This document shows positions 34,554 through 49,600 of a stretch of DNA of 64,000 bases, piece by piece (within the stretch, counting starts at the first letter, position 1; each line of letters begins with the position of its first letter). Position numbers and translations under genes: made by a program. The stretch is from the human T2T-CHM13v2.0 reference genome, Homo sapiens. Location of the stretch: assembly GCF_009914755.1 (NCBI RefSeq), contig NC_060928.1; one strand, 5' to 3'. Under the pieces are notes generated by a model that saw only the letters and a list, made by a program, of their open reading frames with translations, did not search any database and was not told the origin of the DNA.

Positions 34554-34800
34554 TGGCTAGGCATGGTGGATTGCTTGAGGCCAGCAGTTCGGGATCAGCC
34601 AGGGCAACATAGCGAGATCTTATCTCTATAAAAATTTAAAAATTAGCCAGGCGGCACATGCCTGCAGTCCCAGCTACTCAGGAGGCTGAGGTGTGAGGAT
34701 TGGTGGAGTTGAGGAGTTCAGGGCTGCAGTGAGCTACAATCGCACCACTGCACTCCAGCCTCACTCCAGCAAGAACATGTCTAAAAAAATTTAAATAATA
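34554..34800 (+). mobile_element. AluJ-like element with internal deletion (host of the SVA)
   Basis: degenerate Alu consensus ending in an A-rich tail. Confidence 0.85.
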
Positions 34801-34810
34801 AAAAATTGGG

Positions 34811-35652
34811 GCCAGCCGCCCCGTCCGGGAGGGAGGTGGGGGGGTCAGCCCCCCGCCCGGCCAGCCGCCCCGTCCGGGAGGTGAGGGGCGCCTCTGCCCG
34901 GCTGCCCCTACTGGGAAGTGAGGAGCCCCCCTGCCCGGCCAGCCGCCCCGTCCGGGAGGGAGGTGGGGGGGTCAGCCCCCCGCCCAGCCAGCCGCCCCAT
35001 CCGGGAGGGAGGTGGGGGGGTCAGCCCCCCGCCCGGCCAGCCGCCCCGTCCGGGAGGTGAGGGGCGCCTCTGCCCGGCCGCCCCTACTGGGAAGTGAGGA
35101 GCCCCTCTGCCCGGCCACCACCCCGTCTGGGAGGTGTACCCAACAGCTCATTGAGAACGGGCCATGATGACAATGGCGGTTTTGTGGAATAGAAAGGGGG
35201 GAAAGGTGGGGAAAAGATTGAGAAATCGGATGGTTGCCATGTCTGTGTAGAAAGAAGTAGACATGGGAGACTTTTCATTTTGTTCTGCACTAAGAAAAAT
35301 TCTTCTGCCTTGGGATCTTGTTGATCTGTGACCTTACCCCCAACCCTGTGCTCTCTGAAACATGTGCTGTGTCCACTCAGGGTTGAATGGATTAAGGGCG
35401 GTGCAAGATGTGCTTTGTTAAACAGATGCTTGAAGGCAGCATGCTCGTTAAGAGTCATCACCACTCCCTAATCTCAAGTACCCAGGGACACAAACACTGC
35501 GGAAGGCCGCAGGGTCCTCTGCCTAGGAAAACCAGAGACCTTTGTTCACTTGTTTATCTGCTGACCTTCCCTCCACTATTGTCCCGTGACCCTGCCAAAT
35601 CCCCCTCTGTGAGAAACACCCAAGAATTATCAATAAAAAAATAAATTAAAAA
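34811..35652 (+). mobile_element. 5'-truncated SVA retrotransposon (VNTR + SINE-R + poly-A), young subfamily likely
   Basis: SVA VNTR units gccagccgccccgtccgggaggga; SINE-R (cccaacagctcattgagaacgggccatgatgac...gagaaacacccaagaattatcaataaa); TSD AAAAAATTGGG at 34800-34810 and 35653-35663. Confidence 0.97.
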
Positions 35653-35759
35653 AAAAAATTGGGAGGAGGAGTCCCATTATGTACTCCCTTGTATATTTAT
35701 ACGTTGACTCTCCACATTTTTTCCCTATACTTACACAGCTGCAAATATGCTATTTCTAA

Positions 35760-36702
<943 letters not shown>

Positions 36703-36967
36703 CTACATTATGTTATGTATTTGATAAGTAATTATTGAACATAAAAGTAGATTGTTATTAGAAATGTGTTAATTACACAAATAGGCCTTGTTTTCTGAAG
36801 TAGTTCATGACATCTGCAGATTAATATTTCTTATAGCTAGAATGAGACATGGTTTAGGGTAGGTTTTATTCTTTTTTGTATTTATAGATACAAAACATGT
36901 AGAAAATTTATTCATATAAAGAAGTGGATGGAAAGGGAAGAATATTTGTTATAGAAATGTCACTTAA

Positions 36968-37352
<385 letters not shown>

Positions 37353-37421
37353 TTAATTCTCTGAATGTCTTAAAAGATACATGGCCAAAAAAGTCACATA
37401 ACGATGCTCCATCATCTAAAT

Positions 37422-37645
37422 CAGGGAGTCCAATCTTTTGACTTCCCTGGGCCACATTGGAAGAAGAATTGTCTTGGGCCACTCATAAAATACACTAATA
37501 TTAACAATAGCTGGTGAGCTTAAAAAAATCACAAAAAACTCATAATATTTTAAGAAAGTTAAGAAAGTTTACAAATTTGTGTTTGGGCTGCATTCAAAGC
37601 CATCCTGGATTGCATATAGCCCGCAAGTCGTGGGCTGGACAGGTT
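37422..37645. mobile_element. MER30-like hAT DNA transposon fossil
   Basis: cagggagtccaatcttttgacttccctgggccacattggaagaagaattgtcttgggcca...ctggacagg matches my recollection of MER30. Confidence 0.8.
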
Positions 37646-37785
37646 TGATCTGGATTGTTTTTTTGATCAGTCAGTGGACAACTTGGTTAGGATTTTCTTC
37701 AATGTGTTGGAAACGCCTGGTTTATGCAGGGATTTGTTACTCAGTCTCTAGAGTCCTTCACTTTCTCAGTTTCTGGGGAAGTGCA

Positions 37786-38230
37786 TATATGGCAGACACA
37801 CCTGACAGCAAGAGCGTGACATAAGCACACCCCTGAGAATGACCCCAGGATCTGAGAAGAATGTGTGTTCCTAGTTCCAAGCTAAGGAATCTGGGAGTGG
37901 CCAGCCCGGAGATTCATTCCTTATCTGAGGAACATCTGAGCCCCCAGCTCATCCCATGGAACTCAGGCTGTGCAGGAGATCACAGCCTGATCTCCTTGTT
38001 TTGGGTTAGATGAAGGTTGCCAGGTGGAGGTTGCCGGGGGGAGGTAGGGTGCCAAGGGAAAAGGCTACATAAACTGCAACCTTTTTACAAGCAACTGTGG
38101 TTCTCTTGCCCAGCCAACTACCGCTGGACCACCCTGTATGTAAGTCCCCTCAATAAACCCCATGTCTCATTCTCCAGTCTCTGGAACATGGTGCCATCCC
38201 TATTGAAGTCAACAGGGGTCCAGCATAACA
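37786..38230 (+). mobile_element. solo LTR (LTR47-like, ERVL class) with 5-bp TSD GTGCA
   Basis: T(A)TATGGCAGACACACCTGACAGC...AATAAA...ACA termini; gtgca at 37781-37785 and 38231-38235; family name from memory. Confidence 0.8.
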
Positions 38231-38411
38231 GTGCACCAAAAAGAGTTTTCCAAGAGTCACCCAGGAGCTGGTGATTATACCTGTCACTCTTTCACTTAAA
38301 TAAAGGCACCTTGTTTAACCAGACGTTTGCAGAAAGAATTGGAAAAATTTAATGTTTTTAATTTCAATATACTTTCCCCCCAAACTATTGTTAAAGGCTC
38401 TTGTAATATGA

Positions 38412-38414
<3 letters not shown>

Positions 38415-38480
<66 letters not shown>

Positions 38481-38770
38481 AGATGGAGTCTTGCTCTGTC
38501 ACCCAGGCTGGAGTGATGGCATGATCTTGGCTCACTGCAACCTCCACCTCCCAGGTTCAAGCAATTCTTCTGCCTCAGCCTCCTGAGTAGCTGGGATTTA
38601 CAGACACATGCCACCATGCTAGGCTAATTTTTGTATTTTTTTTTTTTTTTAGTAGAGACGGGGTTTTGCCATGTTGGCCAGGCTGGTCTTGAACTCCTGA
38701 CTTCAGGTGATCTCTCTGCCTCGGCATCGCAAAGTGTTGGAATTACAGGCGTGAGCCACCGCGCCCGGCC
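38415..38770 (-). mobile_element. antisense Alu with compound (TA)n(T)n tail
   Basis: (TA)n at 38415-38450, poly-T, Alu consensus. Confidence 0.95.
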
Positions 38771-40973
38771 ATATTTTTGACAAAATGTTGCAGCTATAGA
38801 CTTAATTCATCTGATTCATGGGAAATATCCACTGTACAAGCAGTTGGCAAAGCCAGTCCTCATTGTTGGTCCAATAAGCCAATCAGACATGCTTTCCCCA
38901 AGAGGAAAGCGTGTCTTCATCTTTCAGTTCAAATTAAGGGGGCAATATCCATCTCCGTGACCATCACCCCACTTCTGAGCTCTAGATGAATGATGGGTGT
39001 GTGGACAGGTGGAGAAGCCTTTGGTCTTTCTGCCAATGAGCTCTTCACTCAATCCCACAAGACTCTTGCTCTGAAAACATAAGGCAAAAGAATTGTGTTC
39101 ATTCAAGGCAAAACAAAAAAAACAAAACAAAAAGTCCTCACTCCTGCCCTGCTCTACAATAGACCTGAATTCAGAACATTCCAACAGGAGGCCAAATCCC
39201 TGTTTCCAACACCAGGTCGGCTACTAATAGGAATAAAAAAGACAGGAAGTCCCATCTCTGTGCCTGGATTAAATGAGCTCTGCCAATCCCCATGGCCTGG
39301 GTTCTGATCCGGGGGCCTTCCTCCTGTATGGTAAGAGAAGCAGGGTATGGAAGTGGAGCTGGGGAGAAAACGCTGACGTGTCACTCAACTGGGAGAGCTG
39401 GAAATCAAGTTCCTTAAACTCTCCATGCCCATGTGCCACTTGGAAAGTCTGTGCAGACCCCCAGAAGACACATTGCCCCATGAAGGCTGCTGCCTTGGGG
39501 GCACTTAGAACTGGAGGGACCAGTGTGCCACTTGCCCAAGGAAAGCAGACCTCACCTGAAAATGTCCTCAGCTGGAAAGGAGCAGAGATGGCTGAGGCCT
39601 CCTAGTCCTCTCCCGCTGGCCTAGATCTTTCTGCTATGCCCAGAGCCTCGGGTGGTTTCCCCTGGGATGTCTCTGGGCACCTCACACACAGCCCGGCTGG
39701 TCCCATCCTGCTCCACCTCCTGGGCTCCTCTCTCAGTGATGGCACCACCTTCCACTAGAAATCTAGAAGCTATCCCTTAATCAAGGCGCCATGGTCAAGC
39801 AATCACCAAATGCTACCATATCCGCCTTCTGGTCATCCAGGGGTCAGTCCCTTCTCTCTACGGCCATAGACACAGTCCTAGCTGAGACCCTCATCACAGC
39901 CCTCCTGGGCCGTGGCACCTGCCTCCTAGTAGGTTCATGGATCCTGCCTTGTTCCTCCCACTTCCTACCCCTCCCAGACGCCAAGGGGCCTTTCCCAAGC
40001 CTGAGCTTCAGTCTCCTCTGCTCAAAGCCTTCCATGGCTCCGCCCAGGCTGGGCATTCGAAGCATGGTGCTGTCTCATGCACCGTGGCCCTCCAGTCCCT
40101 CTTCTGCCGGCCCCGACCCTCACCTCACATTGCACACCGGCCACACTCACAGTGCATGTGAGTGGGCCCAGCTACCCTCTCTCTGCCTCTGTAGGACGGA
40201 GCAAGAGCACATCTGTCCATTGTACAGTGGTTGTTAGAATTAAATAAGTGCCTACAGCGCTAATCCAGAAAGGGTACTCCAGGGTCAGTGTTCACAGCCA
40301 CACTCCCCTGACCCTATAACTTTCTGTTTTGGGCTTCAAACTGGTGGGCTTGTAACATGGAAGGCAGTTCACAACAATGCAGGGTCCTGGGTGCAGGCCA
40401 GACCAACCCGTGGCAGCCTGGGCTCATGTGTGTGACCTCAGAAAAATCCTTTTTGTCTCCTGACTTCAGCTTCCCCATCTGAAAAAGGAGAGGGCTGGAC
40501 TGAAGGATGCCCAATGTCCCCAGGTGTCTTCCTCATCAACATCCCTTCTTGTCCCAGATGGTAACGGCTCTATCTCGTTTCTCAACTGTCTGTGGACAGG
40601 GATCTTGTAAAGTAACCTCCATGTGGCCCTTAACATCCTGCTCTCCCATTCTTTCAGCCACCCACCCCCAACAGAACAGGGAAACCGTTTCCCTCTAGCC
40701 TGCAGCCCTGGCCTCCCGCCACTGAAGGAACACCGTGTCACCAGGGCCGGCAGGCGGAGGACAAAGGCGGCTCTGTCCCCCAGGGCAGTGGTTATCCACT
40801 GTCACCATGCAGCCCGGACCATCATCGTATGCCCCTTGTCTCCCACCTTAGGGCGCTGAGGGTGGGCTGACGCTCACATTTCCGCACTGGCCCCATTTCT
40901 TGCTGCAGAAACGCACTGACTGCCTTCACAGGCTTCCTGCAGCTGAGCTGGGGGCCTCCGCCTGGCAGCCAGG

Positions 40974-41095
40974 GAGGAGGCGGGCAGCGAGGAGGCGGGC
41001 AGCGAGGAGGCGGGCAGGAGGAGGCGGGCAGCGAGGAGGCGGGCAGGAGGAGGCGGGCAGCGAGGAGGCGGGCAGGAGGAGGCGGGCAGGAGGAG
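40974..41095. repeat. G-rich VNTR, 15-bp unit GAGGAGGCGGGCAGS, ~8 copies
   Basis: seen directly. Confidence 0.95.
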
Positions 41096-41590
41096 CTGCG
41101 CAGCCCTCAAGGCACATCTGGAATGGAGCAGCCCGGAGGCCTGATGCGGGTGGAAGTGGCCAGCAGCCGGCCAGCTTTGGGGGCTGGGCCAGGCACGGGG
41201 AGGGTGGGTGCAGGGGTGAAGTGGGCTCCCAAACTGTGATGGCCTGTGACCAGTCTGTCTAGTGGAACAGGCACAGCTCCTGAAACATTGATGTGCATGG
41301 TCTCGCTTTTACGTTCATTTATGTACATGTTAACTATAAATGTATCTTCTGCATCAAGTTATCCACAGCACCTGGCTCTGAGTAAGCACTGAATGAATGT
41401 TAGCTATTTTTTCATTGCTCTGATGTGCTACAGTGGTTTTAAAGCATGGCCCTGAAATCTTCCGTACTTATCGCCATGAGGTGTGGGTTCTGGGTCCCTG
41501 CCTCTTGACCAGGCGGGCTTGTGACTGCTTCAACTGAAAAATACCAAGGAAGCTCGCCTTGTGTGGGTGGGGGGAAGCTACCTCACCTCT

Positions 41591-42286
<696 letters not shown>

Positions 42287-43747
42287 TCAAAGAGGAGATG
42301 ATGGAGGTCCCTTCCTCCCAAGATGCCTACACAGGATAGAGAGGGCGCATGCAGGCAGAGCGAGTGGCTGGCACCATGAGCCATCTCCATCTCCTCAACC
42401 TGGGTATCAGCCCTTGCCCCTCCCAGGCCAGCTGCATGTGGCCACTCCTTGTTCCTGTGTGTCCCTTGGCTCACACCCCTTACCACACCCCCTTTTCCTC
42501 TCTTCCACAAGCACAACCCTTCTTCAGACGTCCATATACACTTCTCCCAAAATCCTGTGCTTAACACATTGTTACTGAGCACACAGGCGTGCTGGGGCAA
42601 GCGACGCCTGGGAATATGAAGCGAACGCCACACACTAGAACGCACCCTGGGAGCTGGCCTCCGGTGGGGGACGCAGGTGTTGAAGACATAACCGCATGAC
42701 CGGTGAGTTCATCACGATCTTGCCGAAGGCTATGAAGGAAAGTTCCAGGGGAGGAAGTGCACAGCCTGTGGGCCAGGGAAGGCTTTGCAGAGAGAAAGTG
42801 GGTCAGTGAACTGCACAGAGGAAGGAGGCAGGGCTGGTGAGTGAGGGTACGATGAGGACAGGACACACAGCACAGAAATGCTATCCCACAGCAGGGAGAC
42901 CCACCTAGCCCACCGCCTCTATGCGCCTCTATTCCCCACCCATTTTGTAATTAAAGCCAAGAAATAAAAAGTAAAAAAAGAGCCAGCCTGAATCCACACA
43001 TATGTTCAGAAACAGGCCAGGCACACTGGCTCACACCTGTAATCCCAGCACTTTGGGGGCAACAGAGTGAGACTCTGTCTCAAAACAAACAAACACAACA
43101 ACAACAACAACAACCCAGAAACGGCCGAAAACAAATCTATGGTGTTAGGAATCTGAACAGGAGTTGCCTTTTGGAGGGGTCGGCTGCGAAGGGGTGTGAG
43201 GGAGCATTCTGGGCGTGGGAATTTCTATGTCTTGACTGGAGTGGTTGGTAGCAAGAGTGAACGCATTTGATGCAACTGCATTTTACACCATGTAATTGTA
43301 CCTAAAAAGAAAGAGAGAGAGAGAGATGGTGGGGAGTGGGGAAAGAGAAAGGAAGGACACGTGGACGAAAGCAAGAGGCAATAAGATAATATGAAATGAA
43401 GTGCTGGAAAAAAAAATAAAGGAGTCAGCCTCGTGGCCTCACACAGGTTTAATTTTTCTGAGCCTCAGTTTCTCCATTCATAAAATGGAATAATCGCCTG
43501 ACCTCCTAGAGCTCCATGGGCCTAGAAGTTTCTGCCCACAGTGTCTGGTAGACAGGGGTACTTGGTCGTCAGTCCCCTCCCTCTGTTCCTTTCTGGACTG
43601 CATCATCCTCACCCACAAAACAGGGATGAGGACCTGATGACGGCCAAGAAAAGCCCCAGGTGGCTTCCCAGGGATCTCTGCCTGTGACTGACCTCCCCAT
43701 TCCTGTTGCCTGCCTTGGCTATATCAATCTTCAAAACATGCCTTTTT

Positions 43748-44070
43748 AGCCAGGTGTGGTGGCTAACACCTGTAATCCCAGCATTTTGGGAGGCTGAGGC
43801 TAGAGGATCACTTGAGCCCAAGAGTTCAAGAGCAGCCTGAGCAACAAAGTGAGACCCCATTTCTACAAAAAAAAAAAAAAAATCAAAAAATTAGTTGGAC
43901 ATGGTGGCAGGCACCTGTGGTTCCAGTTACTTAGGAGGCTGAGGTGGGGGAATTGCTTGAGCCCAGGAGGTGGAGGCTGCAGTGAGCCATGACTGCAACA
44001 CCATACCCAGCCTGGGTGACACAGTGAGATGCTGTCTCAAAATAAATAAAAACAAAACAAAACAAAACAC
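43748..44070 (+). mobile_element. AluJ-like
   Basis: Alu consensus; tcaaaacatNcctttt on both flanks. Confidence 0.92.
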
Positions 44071-44596
44071 CTCAAAACATTCCTTTTCGTTTGCTTCCTA
44101 GAACTGTCTGCCACCAACTTGTACTAACTTCCGTCTCTCACCTGGGACCGTGCAGCCAGCAGCTCCTCCTGCAAGGGATCATGGCTTACCACCATCCACC
44201 CCAATGTCTCGGAGCTGCCTCATTCTGCAGGAGGAGGCCCTTGCAGGGATGGTGGTGGCAACTGCACAGCAATGAACAAAACCGCTTTTTAAATGTCACT
44301 AGTAATTCCCAGGATCACGCACAGCTCTAGAAAGCACCGCAGTAACTATTCCTTCTGAACACCTTGGCACAGGAGACATGGAGTGACCCTACGTGGCTTT
44401 CACCCAGGGGGAATCATGTCTGGGGCTAAATACAAGGACAAAGGAGAGAGAAGCCTGGGGGATGTCGGCTGGGGCAGTAGCAGTCAGAGAGCGAAGGGCT
44501 TGAAGGTCATATCAAGGAGTCTGAATTTTGTTGTGTACAACACAGAGGGGTATGGGAGACGGTTAAGTGGAGAACTAAGAGAACAATAAGAGACAG

Positions 44597-44950
44597 TGTA
44601 CCAGAGATTGTTGCCTCCCCACTATCTGTTTCTCCCTCCTTCCCTTCCAGTGAAACCTTGATTTTATTCTGGCTAGAAATGTGTCTGGCCAAAGACTATA
44701 TCTCCCAGTCTCCCTTGCAGCCAGATATGGCATGTGACTGTTCTAATCAATGAGACATGGGAGAAATTGATGAGGGTGCCTTGTGGAAAGCTCAATCAAA
44801 AGAGGACACAGCTAATGAAAGCTTTTTTAACCCATTTCTTCTTCCTCCTGCATTCCACCTGGAATGAAGATATTATGGTTGGTGCTCCAGCAGTTATTTT
44901 GGGCTATGAGGTAATCTCCTCATAGAGGCCAGAAATTAGGTAAGGAAGAG
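44597..44950 (+). mobile_element. MLT1-family LTR fragment
   Basis: aaagactatatctcccagtctcccttgcagc, ttcttcctcctgcattccacctggaatg. Confidence 0.65.
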
Positions 44951-45502
44951 CAAAGAGATAGGTTAGTTGTTCCTGATCCTAGTCCAGTGATCAGTAGCCC
45001 AAGGATGTCTGGTAGACCCAAGCAGAAATGCATTTAGCCTTTCACATCCCATTCGGAGTTATCCTCTGACACTTATCCTCCAACATCCTCGTCTGTCAAT
45101 GTGCCACTATGCTTTAGTTTCTTAGACCAGAAACATGGGTGTCATCATCCATTGCCCTCTTTCTCATCTGCAAACCCCAACAGTTGTGCCTCCAATTCAC
45201 CCACTTCTGTTCCTTCCTGTCACTGGCAGTCTGGCCCAGGCCACCCTCCCCTCCCACCTAGAACACTGCACCTGCACCTTATCTGCTCTCCTGGCTTCCA
45301 CCCCCGTTCCCAGCAGCCTGATGTTGTAGAATGGTAATCCACTCCTGTCTTTGCCTTGTAGCTTCCTCCTGAACTTAGAAAAGAATCTGCACTCCCTACC
45401 TTGACCTTCCAGAACTACCTTCCCTTCCTTACCTGCTCCCACTCTCTCTGCTTTTCAGATAAGAAAACTCACCCGTGATGAGCCCGAGGTCACAGGGTGA
45501 CT

Positions 45503-45694
45503 GTGCTGGGCACAGCAGACACAGAGATGAGCAAGACATGTGTCCCCTCCACAAGCCCCCAGCCAGGTGCTGGACATAGCAGACAGAGAGATGAGCAAGA
45601 TATATGTCCCCCCAAGATATATGAGCCCCCAGTTGGGTGCTGGGCACAGCAGACAAGGATGAACAAGACACAGGTTCCCCTCCATGAGCCCCTG
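45503..45694. repeat. three diverged tandem copies (~60-70 bp) of an L2-like segment
   Basis: gtgctggRcaYagcagaca...gatgaRcaaga units start at 45503, 45567 and 45637. Confidence 0.85.
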
Positions 45695-45824
45695 ATTGGA
45701 TGAGAAACTCAGACAAGTGAGCTGGTGGCAAAACAACAGGGCTCCTTCTCACCTTAGGGCATCTCCACATGATGTTCTCTCTGCCAGCTGCCTTCCCCTT
45801 CACCTAGCTAAGGCCTGGTTAGTC

Positions 45825-46288
<464 letters not shown>

Positions 46289-46294
46289 TGAAAA

Positions 46295-46641
46295 CAGACT
46301 AATTTCAAAGAATTGGCTCACACAATTGTGAGGTCTGACTCGGCAAGTCTGAAATCTGCAGGTGGGGGGCCTACAAGCTGGAAACTCCAGGGCAGAGGCT
46401 GATGCTGCATGATTGGCAGAATTCTTTTCTTTTTCAGAGAAACCTCAGTTTTGCTCTGAAGGCCTTCAACTGCCCGGCCGAGGCTCACCCACACCAAGGG
46501 GAATCCCTTCTCTTAAAGTCAACTGATGGTAGATGTCAACCACAGCTACAAAACACCGTCACAGCAACACCTGGGTTAGCGTTTGATTGAATAAATGTGA
46601 CTGGAGCCTGGCCAAGTTGATACATAAAATCAACCGGCACA
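46295..46641 (-). mobile_element. MLT2-family (ERVL) LTR fragment
   Basis: aagaattggctcacacaattgtg...ggccaagttgatacataaaatcaacc. Confidence 0.78.
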
Positions 46642-49600
46642 TTCCTTTTAGGTGAGGATTCTTTCCCTCTCTCTTTGAGGTCCCTGCTGGAGTAATTCTC
46701 CCCAGAGCTAAGTCCACCGTCTTTGGAATGAGTGTTTGGGGGTGGCCTGTCCCCCTGCCGCCCGCCCGGGCCAGGGAGATGGCCAATGCACGGCGGGCGC
46801 ACCCCTATTCCCTCCTCACTCATGAGTCTGGTGGGACAACTCATCCGGTCAGTCATGATGAGTTGTCCCACTGCTGGGAACACCTGCCCTGAGAGGTCTG
46901 GATGGGCTCAGCCTCATGGCACCAGAGCAGGCAGCTCGTGAGCAGCCCCGGGGGACCAGCAGGTCACTGGCAACTGTTAAGCTGTGGAGAACTTCTCAGG
47001 GCTCAGCTGGCATTCCGACCTCCCTTTGCCTCCCACGGGCCTGGGCGGGGCCCCTTCCTTTCGTCCTTAGCCAGCCGCCACTCTGTCCTCCACTGGGAGT
47101 CCCTGCCCCCATTACTGCACCAGCTCCCCTCCCCCCACCCTGAGGACACCCACCCTGTTCGTTATAAAGGGACACAGGCACAGCTAACAAGGAACAATTG
47201 TGGGCACAGTCCAAAGTTCAGGGTTTTAAGGACACCGTTTCCGCCCCTGGCCTCGTCTCTGAGATGATTCTGGGCCCATCAGAGGCTTCCGGCTTCTCCT
47301 TTTATGACCCTGAGCTTGTCGGTCTCCCTATCCTCATGCCCCCTGCCCTTGGAGAGACCCAGCCTTCCTTCTACAAGATCCCCTGCTGAGGGAGAAGGAG
47401 CTGGCTGGGGCAGGACCGTAGGCTCAGGCTACATGCCCCAAGTTCACTCTCAGCTCACATGCTCCAGACATTGTCCTGGTGCTCAGCCTGCCATCCAGGA
47501 GGCCCCTCCCAAGCTCCTGGGCTTCCATCCTCAGTGATCCAGTGGACCTGGTTCCCAGAGCTGGGTGGGAAAGGGCCCCTTGCCTCTGGGATGGGAGGAA
47601 AATGTTCAGTCCTCTGTTAAGCTGGTCGCAGACTCTGATGAACCTTTCCAGGGCCATGAGTCATGCCGTTTTCCAAAAGAGGAAGGAGGCTCGGGGAGAG
47701 TAAGTGTCTTGCCCAAAGTCACACAGTGGAGTCAGCACTTGAATTTAGCTCTGACTCCCATGGCACCTGCTGAGTGCCTGACCTGCCCCCTCCATCCCCC
47801 ATGGCCTGCCTGCTCCTCGGTGCAAGGATCACCTCAGCTGTCACAGCTTTAGAAGTGAGCTGTGCATGAACCCCTGAACCCCAAAGCATCAGGGAGGGTC
47901 ACCCAGAACCCCATGCCTGCTGGATGCCGAAGCCATGCCAAATAAATGGGACAGGCCTACTCATCATGCAAAGCTCCAGTGATGCTTTAGCTTCCCAGGA
48001 AATCTCTCTTGTCATGATGAGCACCAGTAGCAAGTGACGGCCAGCAGGCCCCCACTACAAGCCCGACACTAGGAAGAGGTGTTCCCAGCCCACACACAAA
48101 TGCCTGGAGAATCACTAATTTGCTGCCCATTCTTGCTGGGAAGAGAATTTTCTGGGAGGAAGGGCTTTGTTAACCAACACCCTGGCATCTAGAATTGCCA
48201 TTGGGTCTCCGTGATTCTAGTCAAGGGATTCGGCCATCCAGAGCAGGGTATCGGGGGCCCTCTCGGAGTTTGAACCTCTAACAGGATGGGGCCCATACCT
48301 GGGTGCAGCTGCGGTTGTGGGGATGCCCCTTCTGAGCAGCTGCTACCTCTGTGTGCTCCCCTTCCTCTCCCCACCCCCACTCTCTTCCCAGGTCTCCCTC
48401 TGCTTACTACCCAGCATGGGCAAAAGCAGCTGCACCCAGTATGGACCAATAGGGGCACACCCATTTCGAGGCACTAAATGTGGTGCTGATAACAGAGTCC
48501 CCAGGCCTGGCTTGGCCCAAGGATGGAGCACCCCAACACCCCAGCTGTCTCAGGGGCCCACTGCTCAGCCTGGCTCACTCCCCGAGGGTGGGTGGTTTCT
48601 AAGTGCAGCTGGTGGGCTTGTGTGTGATGGTGGACGGATCCTGGAGTTTAGCAGGGTGACTGTGGCCAAGCTGTTTCTCTCTGGGTCTGTTCCTTAGTGT
48701 TATTGATGTTGTTGACAGCTGACCGGTCCTGCACCGTACTAATCATTTTACATGGAGAAGCTCCATGTAAAGCTTCTAGGTTGTAATTCTCATCACAACC
48801 CCGTGAGGTAGTTCATATTATCACCTCCATTTTACAGATAAGGAAACTGAGGACCAGAGAGCTCAAACTGATGTGCCTTAGGTCACACAGCTAGTGATCA
48901 ATTGAGCCAGGCCTTGAACCCAGACAGTCTGGCTCCAGGACAAGCCCGCACAATATCTATACAGAAACAGGGCCTGGTGCATTTTAGGGCTGCTGTGATT
49001 TTGTCCTTATCTGCAGGTGCTTTTACCTCTGATTTCATTCGCCCTATGACCTGTATGGTAGGTTTTATTACCTCGGTTTTATCACACTTTCATCCTCCTC
49101 CAGGGTAGAATCAGCTTACAGATGAGGTAACAGGCTCAGAGGGGTTAAGCAACTTCTCAGGTGTCCCACAGCTGGTACGTGTGACAACTCGAATTCAAAG
49201 AAGTCTCCTGACTCTCACTGCGGAGCCTCCCATTCAAGAGGGACCTCAAGGTGTCACAGAATTTAGACATACTGAACGTCCTTACTTTATGAGTCCAGAT
49301 TCAAATCAGTAATAACGCAATGTCAGAGGAGTTGAAGAATTCTTTCATGTATTTGTCCATCCTTGTTCCACACCTTGTCCTAGGATCCTTGGGGTTGCAG
49401 TGGTGGGGATGGAACCATAGAGATGCACAAGCCATAGATTTAGGAACTGGAATTTCAGCAATGCTTTCGGGTCTTCTGACAAGGTGCAGGCAGGCCACCT
49501 TTCTTGTATGGCAGGGCAGGACAGGGCTGGCCTGTGTTCCAGTTCTGGCTGTGTCACTCCCATGCTGTGTGACTTAGGACAAGGCTCTGCTCTTTCTGTA

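Noticed and set aside
34806-35644. ORFs within the SVA
   Set aside because: Standard SVA VNTR/SINE-R translations found in many copies
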